The notes beneath the pieces are model-generated. The model saw nothing but the letters and a program-made list of their open reading frames with translations. It was not told the DNA's origin and did not search any database. A stretch of 63,861 nucleotides of DNA, counting the filler, from Rhabdomonas costata (taxonomy: Eukaryota): NCBI GenBank assembly GCA_019059605.1. It is 18 parts of 18 records of this genome, joined end to end, with 100 filler letters (N's around TTAATTAATTAA, not from the genome) between each part and the next. Parts side by side here need not be neighbours in the genome. Positions count along the whole stretch, not along the records: positions 49,776 to 53,223 come from JAHMHO010000834.1; positions 53,324 to 56,772 come from JAHMHO010000835.1; positions 56,873 to 60,317 come from JAHMHO010000836.1; positions 60,418 to 63,861 come from JAHMHO010000837.1; 14 more parts are not named here. One strand, written 5' to 3'. The position numbers were made by a program, and so were the translations under genes. Position 1 is the stretch's first letter. Each line of letters begins with the position of its first letter. Positions 52,089 through 63,861 of this stretch are shown here, one piece after another.

Positions 52089-53223
52089 TCACCACAGCAG
52101 CTCTTCCCAGTTCCTCGGGGCAGACCGGGGCGAGCCCGGGGGTGTGCGGCCGATAGCCGGCGAGCCCCGAGGGGAGGGCCCCCCCTGTGCCCCTCGATAT
52201 TGGCCGTGGTGCATGTGATGGCCGTGGTGCGGAGAGTGGTGACGGCGGTGCAGGGGAAGGGTAGGGGTCTTGGGCACCACCACAGAGAGCAGGCCGTGGC
52301 TGTCGTCGTAGCGCGCGGTGATTTCCTCGGGGCGAATCGCCCCACCCTGGGGCAGAACGTACTGCTGCGTGAATGTGCCGTACCGCCCCGAGCCTGTGCG
52401 CAGCAGCAAAGACAGCGGGGGAGAAGAGGTGGAACACCTCTGACCAGTCACCTGTGGTGCGGAAGGTGCGGAGGGCGTGAAGCGGAAAAAGATGAAAGTG
52501 AAAGATTTGATATTGCACAACAGAGGCGCAGCCAAGTGGCCGGAGTATGGCCATGTAAAAGGCTCCGTCATAATAATTAGTTGTAGATCTCTTGTGTGCC
52601 GTGTCTGTAGCATTGCTTGAAGGGGTAGGGTTGCTGGCAAGCGCTCTGCGAAGGAGTTCGACTGGTAAGCTATTCCTCCCTTTCTTCGGAAATGCCCTTC
52701 ACGTGGGGTTAAAGGAGAAGGGTTGTGAACGAGAAAAATAACAAATAAAAAAGACAGGGGACCTTGTGTGGGCTCGCTTTCCTTTTCCAATCAGCATCGC
52801 CTAGTGAAAAAAAGAAAAACATTGTTTCGACACATACACACCCAGGGTCAGCAGGATCTGCTCATCGGTGAGCTCCAGCAGCCGCTCGGAGTTCACCCGG
52901 CCCTGCTCGACGCTCTGTGAGGTGCCAGGGGTGTCCCCATAATCCATAATGGACTTGATAACTCATTATGACCAATAACCCAGAATTATATCCATGTTGA
53001 CATGACGCTGCGCTGGCAGGCTGACCCGACGCCCCAAGGAGAGGAGCCGGTACTGGATGCAAGGGGGCCCTTGATACACTCGGCTTCACGCTGGGCCAAC
53101 TTAAGTCGGGAAGGGGGGGGATACATATGGTTGCATCAGGGCGCGCGTGGAACAGCCCCCCGACGGCCACACCTCCACCAGGGCAGAGGCCAACCGCTGC
53201 AGCTCCTCCCGCGAGGGCACGCG
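52089..53223 (-). CDS. Small heat-shock protein / alpha-crystallin-domain protein, partial, with a His-rich tail
   Basis: Exons 52842-52914 and 52089-52393 give …LTLGSGRYGTFTQQYVLPQGGAIRPEEITARYDDSHGLLSVVVPK, matching the YG.F…LP…I.A.Y..G.L.V.VPK motif. Confidence 0.78.
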
Positions 53224-53854
53224 NNNNNNNNNNNNNNNNNNNNNNNNNNNNNNNNNNNNNNNNNNNNTTAATTAATTAANNNNNNNNNNNNNNNNNNNNN
53301 NNNNNNNNNNNNNNNNNNNNNNNGTTAAATGTGCTGTGTGCTTTTATGAATTTGAATTTGCTTTTATGAAAGCGGGAAGGTTCATGTGTGTTGGGGGTGG
53401 GGGAGCAGTTACTGCCACTGGTTGCCGGGTCCACCTGGTGAAGGACATATACCTGAATTCTGTTTCTCAAAAACTCAGGCATGTCCGTTTTTCATTTGAG
53501 AGAGAGAGAGAGAAGTTTGCTGTTTGCTGTTGTCAGCTCCCAAGTGCTCCAGATTTATTATCAGTACCACATGGAAGCCCACAAAGACGGGGTGTTGCTT
53601 TCATCTTCTTTCATATTACTTCATCGTCGTATTGCAAAAAAGATGGAGAACGAAAGATGGAGAATAATGCAAGGCTTCATTATCATCTTGCAGTAATCCC
53701 GAGTAAAACGAACTTTTTGAGCGCTATTTCTCGCAACTGACAAGCTGTGTGGTTTTCATTTGCTACCCAGATGATGCATTTAGTGTCGTGCTGTTACACC
53801 CGAACTGAATTGGTCGTGCTGTCCTCCTGTGTGCGTGTGTTTCGCCCGCAGAAA

Positions 53855-56650
53855 GGACTAGAACAAAATGTGTGCAGGGGTCTTCCAGCAGGCAATTATG
53901 CTTCTCTGCCGGCCTTCTGCCGACAGCTGCTGAATGTTGCCGTCGGTTTTAGCTTCTTCACGGCCTTTAGGTGTTGGGAAGAGAAGGTTGGTTGAAGGTG
54001 TACGACGTTTGCTGGAGTTGGCGGAACAGAAGAAAGCCTCGCTATTGATGGTTTGACCGTTTCAGGGCCTTCTATGAGAAGCACTACAAAGCGTCCCGCG
54101 AGCTGCTGACCGTTGAGCTTCTGCGTCGCTTCTTGGGCTGGTATCTTGGAATGGGAGAAGTGTGACAAGAAAATGTACGGGGGATAATTGGGCGGAATCA
54201 GGAATTTTCTGAGTCGTAGAGGCGTCATTCTTGTCCACCCCCAGGGACTGTCCCACGCGGCAGTTCAAGGAGTTTCTTGTTAATCATGGACTCTCCAAGC
54301 TGCTGGTTCCCCCCAAGCCAGCAACCGACGTCTTTGTTCCTCTCACGGATGCGGTGTCGCTGGGAGAGGGGGAGTCCACCCGTCCCGTGCGACCCCAAGT
54401 TGTGCGATGTGTCAACCACCTGACCTCAGTGCTGGGTTTTGTGAAGCAGCAGTACAACTTGGTCAGCGTCGTCTGTTACGGTGCGGGGCAAAACCCCGAG
54501 AAGTGTGTGGGATTTCGGTTGTTGTGGATTTCTTTGCCCTTGCTAGCCCTTTTTTCTGTTTCCTCTTTGCTTTCTCGCAGCGCCCCAGCCATCTCGCTGG
54601 TCCGCGTCACTCAGGCCTCCAGGCAGGTAATGTTGAAACAGTTTTCATGTCACCGTCCATTCGCGTGTCTGACGCCGTGTCTGTCCTTTCAGGTGCTTTT
54701 GCTTGATCTGGTTGCCCTTGACGAAGAAGCCCGCTCGCTGTGGACGGGCCCACCGGAAATCTTCGACGTAAAGCTGTCCTCCTACGTTGCAGAGCTGAGA
54801 CTGCTGCTTGGGTGCCCGGATATCAGAAAGGTGCGCATAGGTGCTCACAACATTACCCCAACGTTATACATCCAGCCACTGGTTGAGATGCCGGACATGG
54901 CATGCCTATACCTCTTTCTCTGTCAGGATCCACCCCTACACTTACCTGTGGAATACTGTCCCGCTAGAACGGGAGAGCCAGCAGATTTTCCACAGCTTGG
55001 GAGGTGCTGCCTTAAGAAAGACGCTGTCTCGCTACATCTTATGCGAAAGTCATGGTGGGTTTCTGAATTGGGATTACGATCAAACGGCCCGCTTCACATG
55101 AAAGATTGAGAAATTTGGAAATACAAGGTAAAAAAACCTGCGAAACGCCTTTACAACGCCTTTACAACGAAGCCTGGTATGAAGGGTCAAAACGCTAAAT
55201 CATCCGAAATTCCAAATTTGGGAAAAAAAACATCAGAAATCAAGGCAGACCGGACAGGGGTGAAACGACCGGGGGCAGTGGGTCCCTCTCTGCAAAGGTT
55301 GTCTGACTTCCGCAGCAGTCGCAAGCATTGTACACCGGAAGCCTGATTTAGATTTTTCAAGCAAAGCCTCTCCGAAAAAATCATCCAAATCACGCCAAAT
55401 CATTTAAAATCACCCTGATACACTGATACTGTTCTTTCCCCGCTCTCCACCCGAGGGTGGCTGACTCCTGCATTGATATTAAATGGCAGGACACTGAATG
55501 CAAGAAGTCAACTGCAACGGTATGTAATGTCACCCAAACCAAAACTTGACCCACTTGCCGGCCCCTTTTTTCTGGTACACAGTGTGTCTGGAACTTCCCC
55601 AAGTATGGTAAGCTGTGGTCCGAAGAGTTTGGAATCATGGTGGACGGCCTGGTGGACCTGTTTCCAATTGTGCAGTACTTTTTCCCCGAGTTGCTTGCGC
55701 ACCAGGCTCCCGAAAACACCGAAGGTACGACACCCGTAGGGTGAGGTGCAGCAAGCCTCCCGTTTTTTCCGTTTACATTTCTTTCTCTCCACCCTCTCTT
55801 CCTCACAGGGTTTCCTTGCCCTCAGTTTATCGCACAAAGACTGGCTCCAGAAACTTGGAAGTCTGGGGCTACCCTTCCCGCGGCACCTGTTCTGGACTGG
55901 TTCCAGCGTCCACTGACGATGGCAATGATCACACAGGCGGTGTGGACTTTGATGTTTGTGCTTGCAAACTCACCCTCCGAACCCTCCGAAATTACCAGAA
56001 AGTCCGAAATAAATGACTTCTAAGCATGTCGCGAGCACGCCGCCTTCTGTTCAAGCTCAACGTTTGCATTTCTTTTTTCAGGGAATGGTTGGTGTCGGTG
56101 CGCTTCTCGACATCCGTAAGGTCCGTGAATCGCTTTCTCCACTTTCATGGCCTGCGCACGCACGTAAGCGCGGTCGATTTTATTCCACGGTGCCCCTTAG
56201 GGGTCGCGAACAGAGGTTGCCACCAGGATCAACGAGAAGATGCTCAGCCTGAGCGACGCGTACTGCAGGACAGAGTTACCTGAGGCCGGCAGCAGGGCTG
56301 CCTCCGCGCTGGCAACGTTGCTGGCCATGGACTGCAGCTTACCCCCAGCGCTTCAGGTGTCTTGACTGAGTGGACGGAAAGTGAAGACAGCACTGCAGTC
56401 CAGGGTCGTCCAAATTTGCACAGTTACGGTCGTGATAAAGCGAAGAAGGTGGGGCTGTCAGGTGGAAGGTTTTTGGAGAGGCGATTCCACGTCATCATTG
56501 GTGGTGACCCCTTCTGAGCAATTATTTTCTACTCAATATTTACCATATTGTGCTGCCCGGTCTTTTTCAGCTGAACCAGAGGGAAGAGGAGGACGCCAGG
56601 TCAGACTTCAGTCCCTTCAGCCCCGGCTCCAGGGATTCGGATGCTGAGGG
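53855..56650 (+). CDS. EXD1/Egalitarian-like 3'-5' exonuclease-fold protein, probably catalytically inactive, partial
   Basis: …LVSVVCYG…/AISLVRVT…/VLLLDLVAL…ELRLLLGCPDIRK (to 54830) splices to 55583-55724 CVWNFPKYGKLWSEEFGIMVDGLVDL. This follows DEDDy topology with the acidic residues replaced. Confidence 0.5.
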
Positions 56651-57423
56651 CTTTCTCAGTCGCTTCTGGGGCATGTTATTGAACAAAAACGCCGTGCTGC
56701 GTTTCACTGAGTGCACTTTTGCAAATTCATGTCATTTATGTTGCATGCTGACGGGTTGTTTTGGCCTTTTGCNNNNNNNNNNNNNNNNNNNNNNNNNNNN
56801 NNNNNNNNNNNNNNNNTTAATTAATTAANNNNNNNNNNNNNNNNNNNNNNNNNNNNNNNNNNNNNNNNNNNNGGTTTGTGGGGAAGCACCCTTCTTCATT
56901 CGTGCTAGGGCAAGACAAAAAAGACAACGAGTATTGCAGCAAAAGTATTTCGCAATCGAAAAAGATGAAAGGTTCAGGGTGGTAGGTGGGTTGGACTACT
57001 TATCCAGGACTACTTTTTGACATTCTGATTCGGTCCGCCAAAGACAATCTTTCCAGCATGATGATCTCCCCTGGCTGGTTTGTGCACTATACAAGAGAAT
57101 CAACTTTGACTTACATGTCCCTAGAATGCTCCCGAATGGCCACATATTTGCCACTCGTGAGCATTGGGTCCTCCCAATAAAAAGGACGGGCGCAGAATAC
57201 AATTTTGTGCGAGAGGATAACCTTTGCCTATGCACAAAGTTTCTATCTTCTTTTAATAGATGCCGGTGTCTGGGGTTTCGGAGCACACATGATTGTTGCT
57301 TCCGAATGAGCCAGCTTTCACACCAGCTGAGGGTTCCAAGCGAAGGGTACATGCGCACGGTTGCGCTTCTGTGAGGGACCGGCCAAACCTCAGCTGCACG
57401 CATTCCAGCACCTAACTCTGCAA

Positions 57424-58882
57424 TCATGCAAACAAACAGAAAAAACAAAATAGCCTTCGGCCTTGGCTGTGCACACCATTCACCCATGTCGAGACGGGCT
57501 CCCCAGCAACCATCATCGCCAATGCGGCGCCCATTGCTGCGCGCATCGCCTTCCACCGCTCTGCGTTGAGCTGCCGCGCCGTGTTGAGGTGAGTCTCGAA
57601 GGGATCCTCCACTGCAAGGGCACCTTCCCCGTACTTCGTCTCCCAGCCCTTCTCCTGTTTTGTCAGGCGGTACCCGTCCGCGATGCGAGACTCCAGGGTG
57701 ATGGAGATGACATACTTGGCTGAGCGGGAGGACTTGCAGTAGAACTGAAAGAACCCGGCAACCAAGCTGGCAACCGTTGCTCCGACGCAGGAGTCCGCAC
57801 TAAAGCTCAGGCTGCGAGGGTCCGCCTCGAGCTCGGAGATTTGTGGAGCGTAGGACGCAGGGTCAACGAAAGCAATTCTCTGGCAATGCAAAAGGTAGTA
57901 AATAGACATCAGCAGCAAGGTGTACGTGTTGATTCCTCCGCGAGAGCTGTCGTGAAAGCCCGCGCTCTTCCCCCATAAAACAATCACCTAAATAAAAAAG
58001 CCACGATTCAGTCCATCGAACACGAAACGGATGCACAGTCCAATTGCTTTACCCAACGCGAGAACACAATCCTCGAGCGCAATCGATTCACAGTGCCTAA
58101 GGTTTGAACCAAAATTTCAAATGTTGGACCATTTAGAACGAGCGAAGGACACAATGCGTGGGCGCAAACAAATCTGTGCAGGCAGGTTATCATCCTTGCG
58201 ACATCGCTTTCTGAACACACCTTCAAACAGGCACTATCAAACGAACAGCAGGAAACCTGCTCGGTTCTATCACCTGCTAAAACGAACGATGCGATCGAAA
58301 TACCATTGCCATGGGGTACAGCTCCGTGGGACTGCTGCGCACATAGGCCCTCAGAAAGGCTGAATTCCGCACCCCCTCGGCGTTAAGGGTGATATCAAAC
58401 AAGGGCGGCTTTCCACTGTGATGCTTGACGATGGGCACCCGGGCATTGGCGACCAGCACCATGGGCAGCTTCATGGGCCGCAGGACGGCGAGCACCCGCC
58501 CCAAGGTGGCCAGCACCACCTCCACTGTGGGGACCTCCGAGCCTGTCAGGTCTAAGGCGCCTCTTCCTGGCTCCACAGCAAGGCAGAGGTCCAGGTCTGA
58601 GTCGGCCCGGGCCAGGCCAGCAACCACGGAGCCAAAGAAGCGTAGCCTTGTCCCAGCCCCGAACTCCCGCTGCAGGAACTGCTCCAGGGTGCGTCGCAGG
58701 GCGCACCACTGGCTCAGCTGGGCAGCCGTGGGCTGCACCTGCTCCACCAGCTCCAGGAGGGCCCGCCCCAGGAAAGGGGCACGGGTCAGGCTGGGAAGGC
58801 TGGAGCCTGGGGCCCAGCAGAGGTAGAGCTCCTCATTGCCCCAGTTCTCACATCCAGGAAAGCCCTGCGGTGCATCAGACAT
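57424..58882 (-). CDS. Non-canonical poly(A) polymerase / terminal uridylyltransferase (Cid1/TUT family)
   Basis: Exons 58304-58882 (FFGSVVAGLARADSDLDL, ARVPIVK, FDIT…GVRNS) and 57424-57987 (GGINTYTLLLMSIYYL, FFQFY, AVEDPFETHLNTAR). Confidence 0.92.
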
Positions 58883-60417
58883 CTTGGAATTGAAAGAAAA
58901 GCCTCAATTTGTCTGCCCAAAGACTGAGCACGCGGGGGGGGGGCGACAATCACCTCGGTGCCGAAAACTGACAAACAGCAGCGAACCAAAAACCAGACAA
59001 TGACGAGCAACTCCGGTAGAAGGTGCGATGCAAGAACTCCGGGAGAGTCCACACAATTTCTCGTTAGTTTTGCCACACGTCGCCGCTCTTGTCATTTATT
59101 GCTAGCCCCACCTAAAGTGAGAGTGTTCAACATTTACTCTAAAGGAATAGGTGTTGTCTGAAATAGAATAATCGATGTCAAGAATTGTGCTGTGGAAATT
59201 GAAAATTGTTGACGGTTACAGGTATAACAGCGCGCGGAAATGGCCACATAATGACTCGTTTTTCTCACGTGACGCGCGACTTTATGGTTTTAACGTAATT
59301 TTTCAGCCTGTTTCACCAATTAAAACAACTGGAAACAAATTTTGAGTTCCATGACCAGTTTTCACCGAACTGTGGTTTCGGCTGCAATTATTGCCCACAA
59401 CATGACCCGCGCAATATAGGTGTGCTGGTTTTCATCAGTGAACAAAGGCAGATACGTCCAATTCATGCTCGCAACCACACCGATTCGAAAATGTGGGAAT
59501 GCCACTCGATTTGATGCAGAGTTTTCCGATTCAGGCACTGATTTTCAACAAAGACCTTTCGGGTAAAACTGCTGGGTGGTACTTCGGCGTTAACCTTGCA
59601 GCCAGGTCTTTGTCTTCCCGGTTGAATCCGTATGTTTGTATCAAGTGCAGAGACCAGGCCAATGAACGTGAAATGAACAAGAAATTCTTTTTTCTCACAA
59701 ATGAGGGCCCATCATTGAGGTGGTGACTCCCCTCCCGGCCTTTGTTTTTTTTTCACCAGGTCTGAGCGGGAGGCCAGCAGAGAGAGTATTTTGGTGCTGA
59801 AATCACAAGGGGGGTGCCGACCAACCAAAAGTTTGTGTTATGAACGCAAGGCCACCAAAGTAAAGGTCAAAGCCCACGAATTTCACGAAAAAGAGGTCCC
59901 GGATCCTAACCGGGTATGAATTTGGTTGAGAAAGCGTTGGTTTAAAGACGGCATCCAACACTACCATTTTGGGCAGCAGACTTCGCGGTGAACATTAAAC
60001 AGCGACTGCGTCTGAACTAATTCGTCGAGAAGACCACACAGTGTGCATAAAGTATCCAGTACAAAGTGGGCCCAAAGGGGTTATCAATGAACGAGGCAAC
60101 TCATTGGTATCACACCACTCAAAACTGAACAAGGTAGATCGGTATCCTGCGACTTGCCACGCCACCACGTTACAAATCATTTTGAACCATATCAGAAGGG
60201 CATTCGCAATCCAGCAAGTACAAGTGCAGTCCTCCCAGATCGTCACCGGAGCCTTGTGACAGTTCACTTCCGGGAAGGACGGCGGAGTTCTTCCTCTCTT
60301 CAACCTGCTGGAGGTACNNNNNNNNNNNNNNNNNNNNNNNNNNNNNNNNNNNNNNNNNNNNTTAATTAATTAANNNNNNNNNNNNNNNNNNNNNNNNNNN
60401 NNNNNNNNNNNNNNNNN

Positions 60418-61700
60418 GTGGGTTGGAGGGAGCTCTGAGGGGTAGAGGCGGTGGAAGGGGTGGTGGAGCGGGGCGCTCGGCCCTTGCCCTTGGCCAGCAG
60501 ACTCTTCACCCGGTCAGAGATGGAGGTCATCGAGTTGGATGCCGCGGCTCAGGGAGGGGATGCAGAGCACGTGGATAACAAGAGAGAGAAGCAGAGAGGA
60601 AGAAACGGGAAGAGACGGGACGGGACGGGGCAATAACGAATGAACTGCGGTGAGCACCAAAGTGGAGGAGAACAGAACAGCGCTGGGGGGAGGGAGGAGA
60701 CAACCCGGTGGTGGTACCAAACAAGCGAAGTATAGCACCTCGGGAAGCGGTAGGCTCTGGTCGAATCGACGAAACTGTTATCACGGGAACCCCCGTTCCC
60801 GCCCCGCGAGGTAGACTTGCATGTACACCGAGGCCCTAGGTCGGTAGGATTCGGCCCTTTACAGTGAAAATAGACAGCCATGTGTCCATGGCAAAACCAC
60901 CCCTGAGCTAAAACAACACCCAACACAAAAGAGAACATTACCAGCACCCATCGGAATCCGCACTGAGTCACCAACAAGTGTTGCATCACCTGCCTGCTTT
61001 AATTTGTGAGGCTGATCCCCAATTCGTTAAGAACGGCCACATTCACCAGAAGATTGCGAAGAAAAAATCCCAAGGTAAGGGCCTTTCTCACGACCTCCTC
61101 GGCCAAGGACTCCCAGGATGCTTCTACGCAGCGCACTCGAGCCGCGCGGGCTAGGCCGCCCTCAAGCACCCGAGATACACCTGCCACCATAAAACAACAT
61201 CAAAACGAACCCACCAGGAGGGAAGCAAGCAGAGAGAAGGTTTCTTCCGTTCTTTGCCCTTTGTTCGCAAATGAAAGCTCGGCGCATATGCTGCTCTTGA
61301 CGTTGGGGGTCGCGTTTGGTTTTTCGTTCATCATCGGTGAGGCGCTGACTTCTTCTCACCTTCACCCCTTGATTCTTCTCAACTCACGTTCAATTTCAGA
61401 ACCTGACCCCCCCTGTTCAGAACATTATCATTGGCTTAACCCCGTTGAGTGCTGAGGAAAATGGGCTGTGAATCTTCGAAGCCGAACCCCCCCCCCAGGA
61501 AAAGGCCCACACCGAAGTTCACCGCGACCTCTTTGTCTGGATTTTCCTGCATTTTCTGTTCTGGATCGAGTTTTTTTTTGCGTGCAACCTTGTATATATT
61601 CTGCTTGGTGTGGGCATGTGCCCTCACCTGCAGGATCGGTGGGATGCGCGAGAGATCGCGCCAGGATATGGGGGTGTGCGTGTGCAGAGCTCGTCTCTCA
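60418..61700 (-). CDS. Hypothetical multi-exon protein
   Basis: Candidate exons at ~61628-61700, ~61082-61180, ~60739-60855 and 60418-60547 (…SISDRVKSLLAKGKG…). Confidence 0.35.
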
Positions 61701-62344
61701 CCGAAGCGGCGGAGAGAAACGACGGGACATGCTGTACTGATTTGCTTTGACTGGATTTCTTTCAAACCCCCCCCAAAAAAAGAAGGTTAGTCGGGATTGG
61801 AAGCAGTTCTGTGGCTTTCTTTGGAGGTAAAGAGGTTTGCATGCTCGAATTGCGCATTCCTCCACTGATTGCTCCGAGATAGATAGCCAGTGAAAACCAG
61901 ATGTATGACCGCCTTCTGCAAAGGTTGAAAGGTCCAAGAACGTGCACTCCCACTGTCTTCACGCTGACCCCTCCACTCATTTCTGATTTTCTATCCTTGT
62001 AGCATGACAATGAAACGTCAGTATCCCATCACTGAAGTGTGCTGTGTATACCAGAATTCCTCTGCTATCGCGATATCTGGACCTTTTGTATTCATTTTTA
62101 ATCGGCCTTGCTCCTCCTCATTCCAGTTTGCCCGGTCCAGTTTGCGACTTCATCCTATCCTCCATGTATCGGAACTTTGCAGGTAGCGGGAATATCTTAG
62201 AAAACTTCCGTACGTCACGGGGCACCGGCAATAATGAATCGCTTCATATTTTCCTCTGCGCACGGTAAACTGCTGGTCACCCTGTTTTTTATTTTGCAAA
62301 GATGCCACGCGTTTCTTTGTTGTGTTTTATGCTGAATCCGTTGA

Positions 62345-63114
62345 TTGATGGCCCATGAATATTCGCTTTTGGGGTGCTCGGCAAATTGCGTGCTCGTTTA
62401 TGGTGCGAAGAATACCGGGCGTAAAGATGTCATTCGGCGAATCTTTGGGCTGGAGGAGATCTGTGGCTCGGAGCCCGCTTCTCTGGGACCTATCTCCGCA
62501 CAAGGGTTCCTTCTTTTCCCTACTCTCGACTGTTGCAGCTGTGTTTTGAGAAACACAAACCTCAGGCAGTGACTAAGCTTTTTCCGTTCCAGTCACCCAA
62601 ACCTAAAGTTGTTGTTAGCTGCACACTTGGAAGTGAAAGGGATATGTCGGGAAATCGCTCACCCCAAAAGCGGGTGCGCGCTCACATGCGCGCACATGCT
62701 GTTATATATCATGTTTATACCACAACCGTATCAAATACAGATCCAGAAAGACCCTCGTTTAGGCGAAACGTTTCCACCAGCAGCTGCTGGATGATGGTTT
62801 CCCTTCCACGAGTTTGGTGCATCCACTGGATTAGATGTGGAATTGTAGAAATCAAATGATGCTGGCTGGTTTGTTGCAGCCTTGACAGCGACCGGTGAGC
62901 TACTAAGCAAGCGCTGGAGTTTTTATTCGAACGTTTGGTGTGATGTTGTTTTGCACCCTGTAGGGTTGTGCGCCACACCCTGTGGACAAAGTATTACAAT
63001 GCTGAGCTGAGCATTGTTTGGGCGACTCCTGCCGAGGTGGTGCCTTGCCCGGACCCCGCAAGGGAATTGCTCCGCCGCTTTCATGCTGTGCTGCTGGTGT
63101 ACAATCCCCAGAAG
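62345..63114 (+). CDS. AAGAB: Alpha/gamma-adaptin-binding protein p34 (AAGAB/Irc6)-like, N-terminal G-protein-like domain
   Basis: Exon 62345-62505 (VLVYGAKNTGRKDVIRRI) splices in frame to 62964-63114 (HTLWTKYYNAEL…HAVLLVYN). TKYY.A is the family signature. Confidence 0.75.
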
Positions 63115-63744
63115 GTGCGGGTGGGCGCGGCTGTGTTGGGTGTCGGACAGTTCTTTCTCTCTTCTGGGGGTTCTTGCAGGTGGGCTCATGTTGCCTCTTC
63201 AGCCAATTTATAATATGATGTTCGATGACAAAAAATTGTTACCACTGGTAACCGTAACCCCACCCCCGACGTCACTTGTGCCCAAACCTGTTCTCTGAGC
63301 CGTTCGCGCTAGCATGGGACAGCACTCTGCCCTCCGCAGATCTCCTCAGTGATGCAGAGCTGTAGCAGGGCCTGTCTGCCCTGCGGACTCTCACCAATCG
63401 TCGGGGGCCTTGTCAGAATGGGCGGGGGGGGACCACTTATCTCCGCCCAAAACGCCACCAGGTTCGCTGGATGACGTCCGCCATGGTCACTCCCGGACCG
63501 GACCGGACCGGACCGGTTGGCTGCTTCCCGGCCTCGGACTCCTCGACGGAATGCTTGTCCGTTCTTCCTTTACTTGTCCGCGAGTTTTGATAAGTGCAAG
63601 AACTGGCACACCGTCCGCCCACCTGCACGCGGGTGTGCCAGCAAGGATTTGATATTGTATCTGCGCTAGCTGGATCCGTCTCGAGCTATCCATTGAAAAA
63701 AACCGTCAGCTGTGAAGACTAAACCTTTGATTCTGCTTGATTCC

Positions 63745-63855
63745 GGGTGAAGAAATTGAAAATGCGACGGCATCAACACTGTGCTGTTTGATTGAATGAA
63801 ATACAAATGTAGGCAGCACAGTGTTGATGCCGTCGCATTTTCAATTTCTTCACCC
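63745..63855. repeat. Perfect 42-bp inverted repeat with a 27-nt spacer at the contig end
   Basis: 63745-63786 is the exact reverse complement of 63814-63855. Confidence 0.95.
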
Positions 63856-63861
63856 CAACAA

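Noticed and set aside
54060-54200. RRM-like AQEATQKLNGQQLAGR on the minus strand
   Set aside because: No RNP1/RNP2 context, and it overlaps plausible plus-strand exons.
1-63861. Functional clustering of genes (e.g. TUTase + exonuclease, FkbH + neighbours)
   Set aside because: The genes lie on separate, size-sorted contigs; adjacency is artificial.

Overview
This is not one locus. It is 18 unrelated eukaryotic contigs of about 3.45 kb each, roughly size-sorted and joined by 100-nt spacers (44 N + TTAATTAATTAA + 44 N), so gene neighbourhood across spacers is meaningless. Most contigs start with G/T-only and end with A/C-only runs, which suggests K-primer whole-genome amplification, probably of a single cell. 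Genes are intron-rich and almost all GT-AG. The organism is probably a flagellated euglenozoan-like protist; this is an inference from LRRC9, the AGA-box guide-RNA-like hairpins and a trypanosome-like TUTase motif. Recognisable gene fragments: TBP, NOL6/Utp22, LRRC9, an STE/MAP3K-type kinase, extended synaptotagmin, an HMG-box protein, a Cid1/TUTase, AAGAB/p34, a MAM33-like protein, a small HSP, an EXD1-like pseudo-exonuclease, an intron-containing FkbH-like protein, and a >1000-aa pseudokinesin-IQ-pseudocaspase fusion. There are three decayed Ty3/Gypsy copies. The most interesting signals are (1) a Ty3/Gypsy element followed by a Dam/DIRS-type N6-adenine methyltransferase remnant, (2) two paralogous single-hairpin AGA-box pseudouridine guide RNA candidates, each just upstream of an intron acceptor, (3) the kinesin/caspase pseudoenzyme fusion, and (4) the spliced bacterial-type FkbH gene. 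All family calls come from motif recognition by eye; no searches were run.
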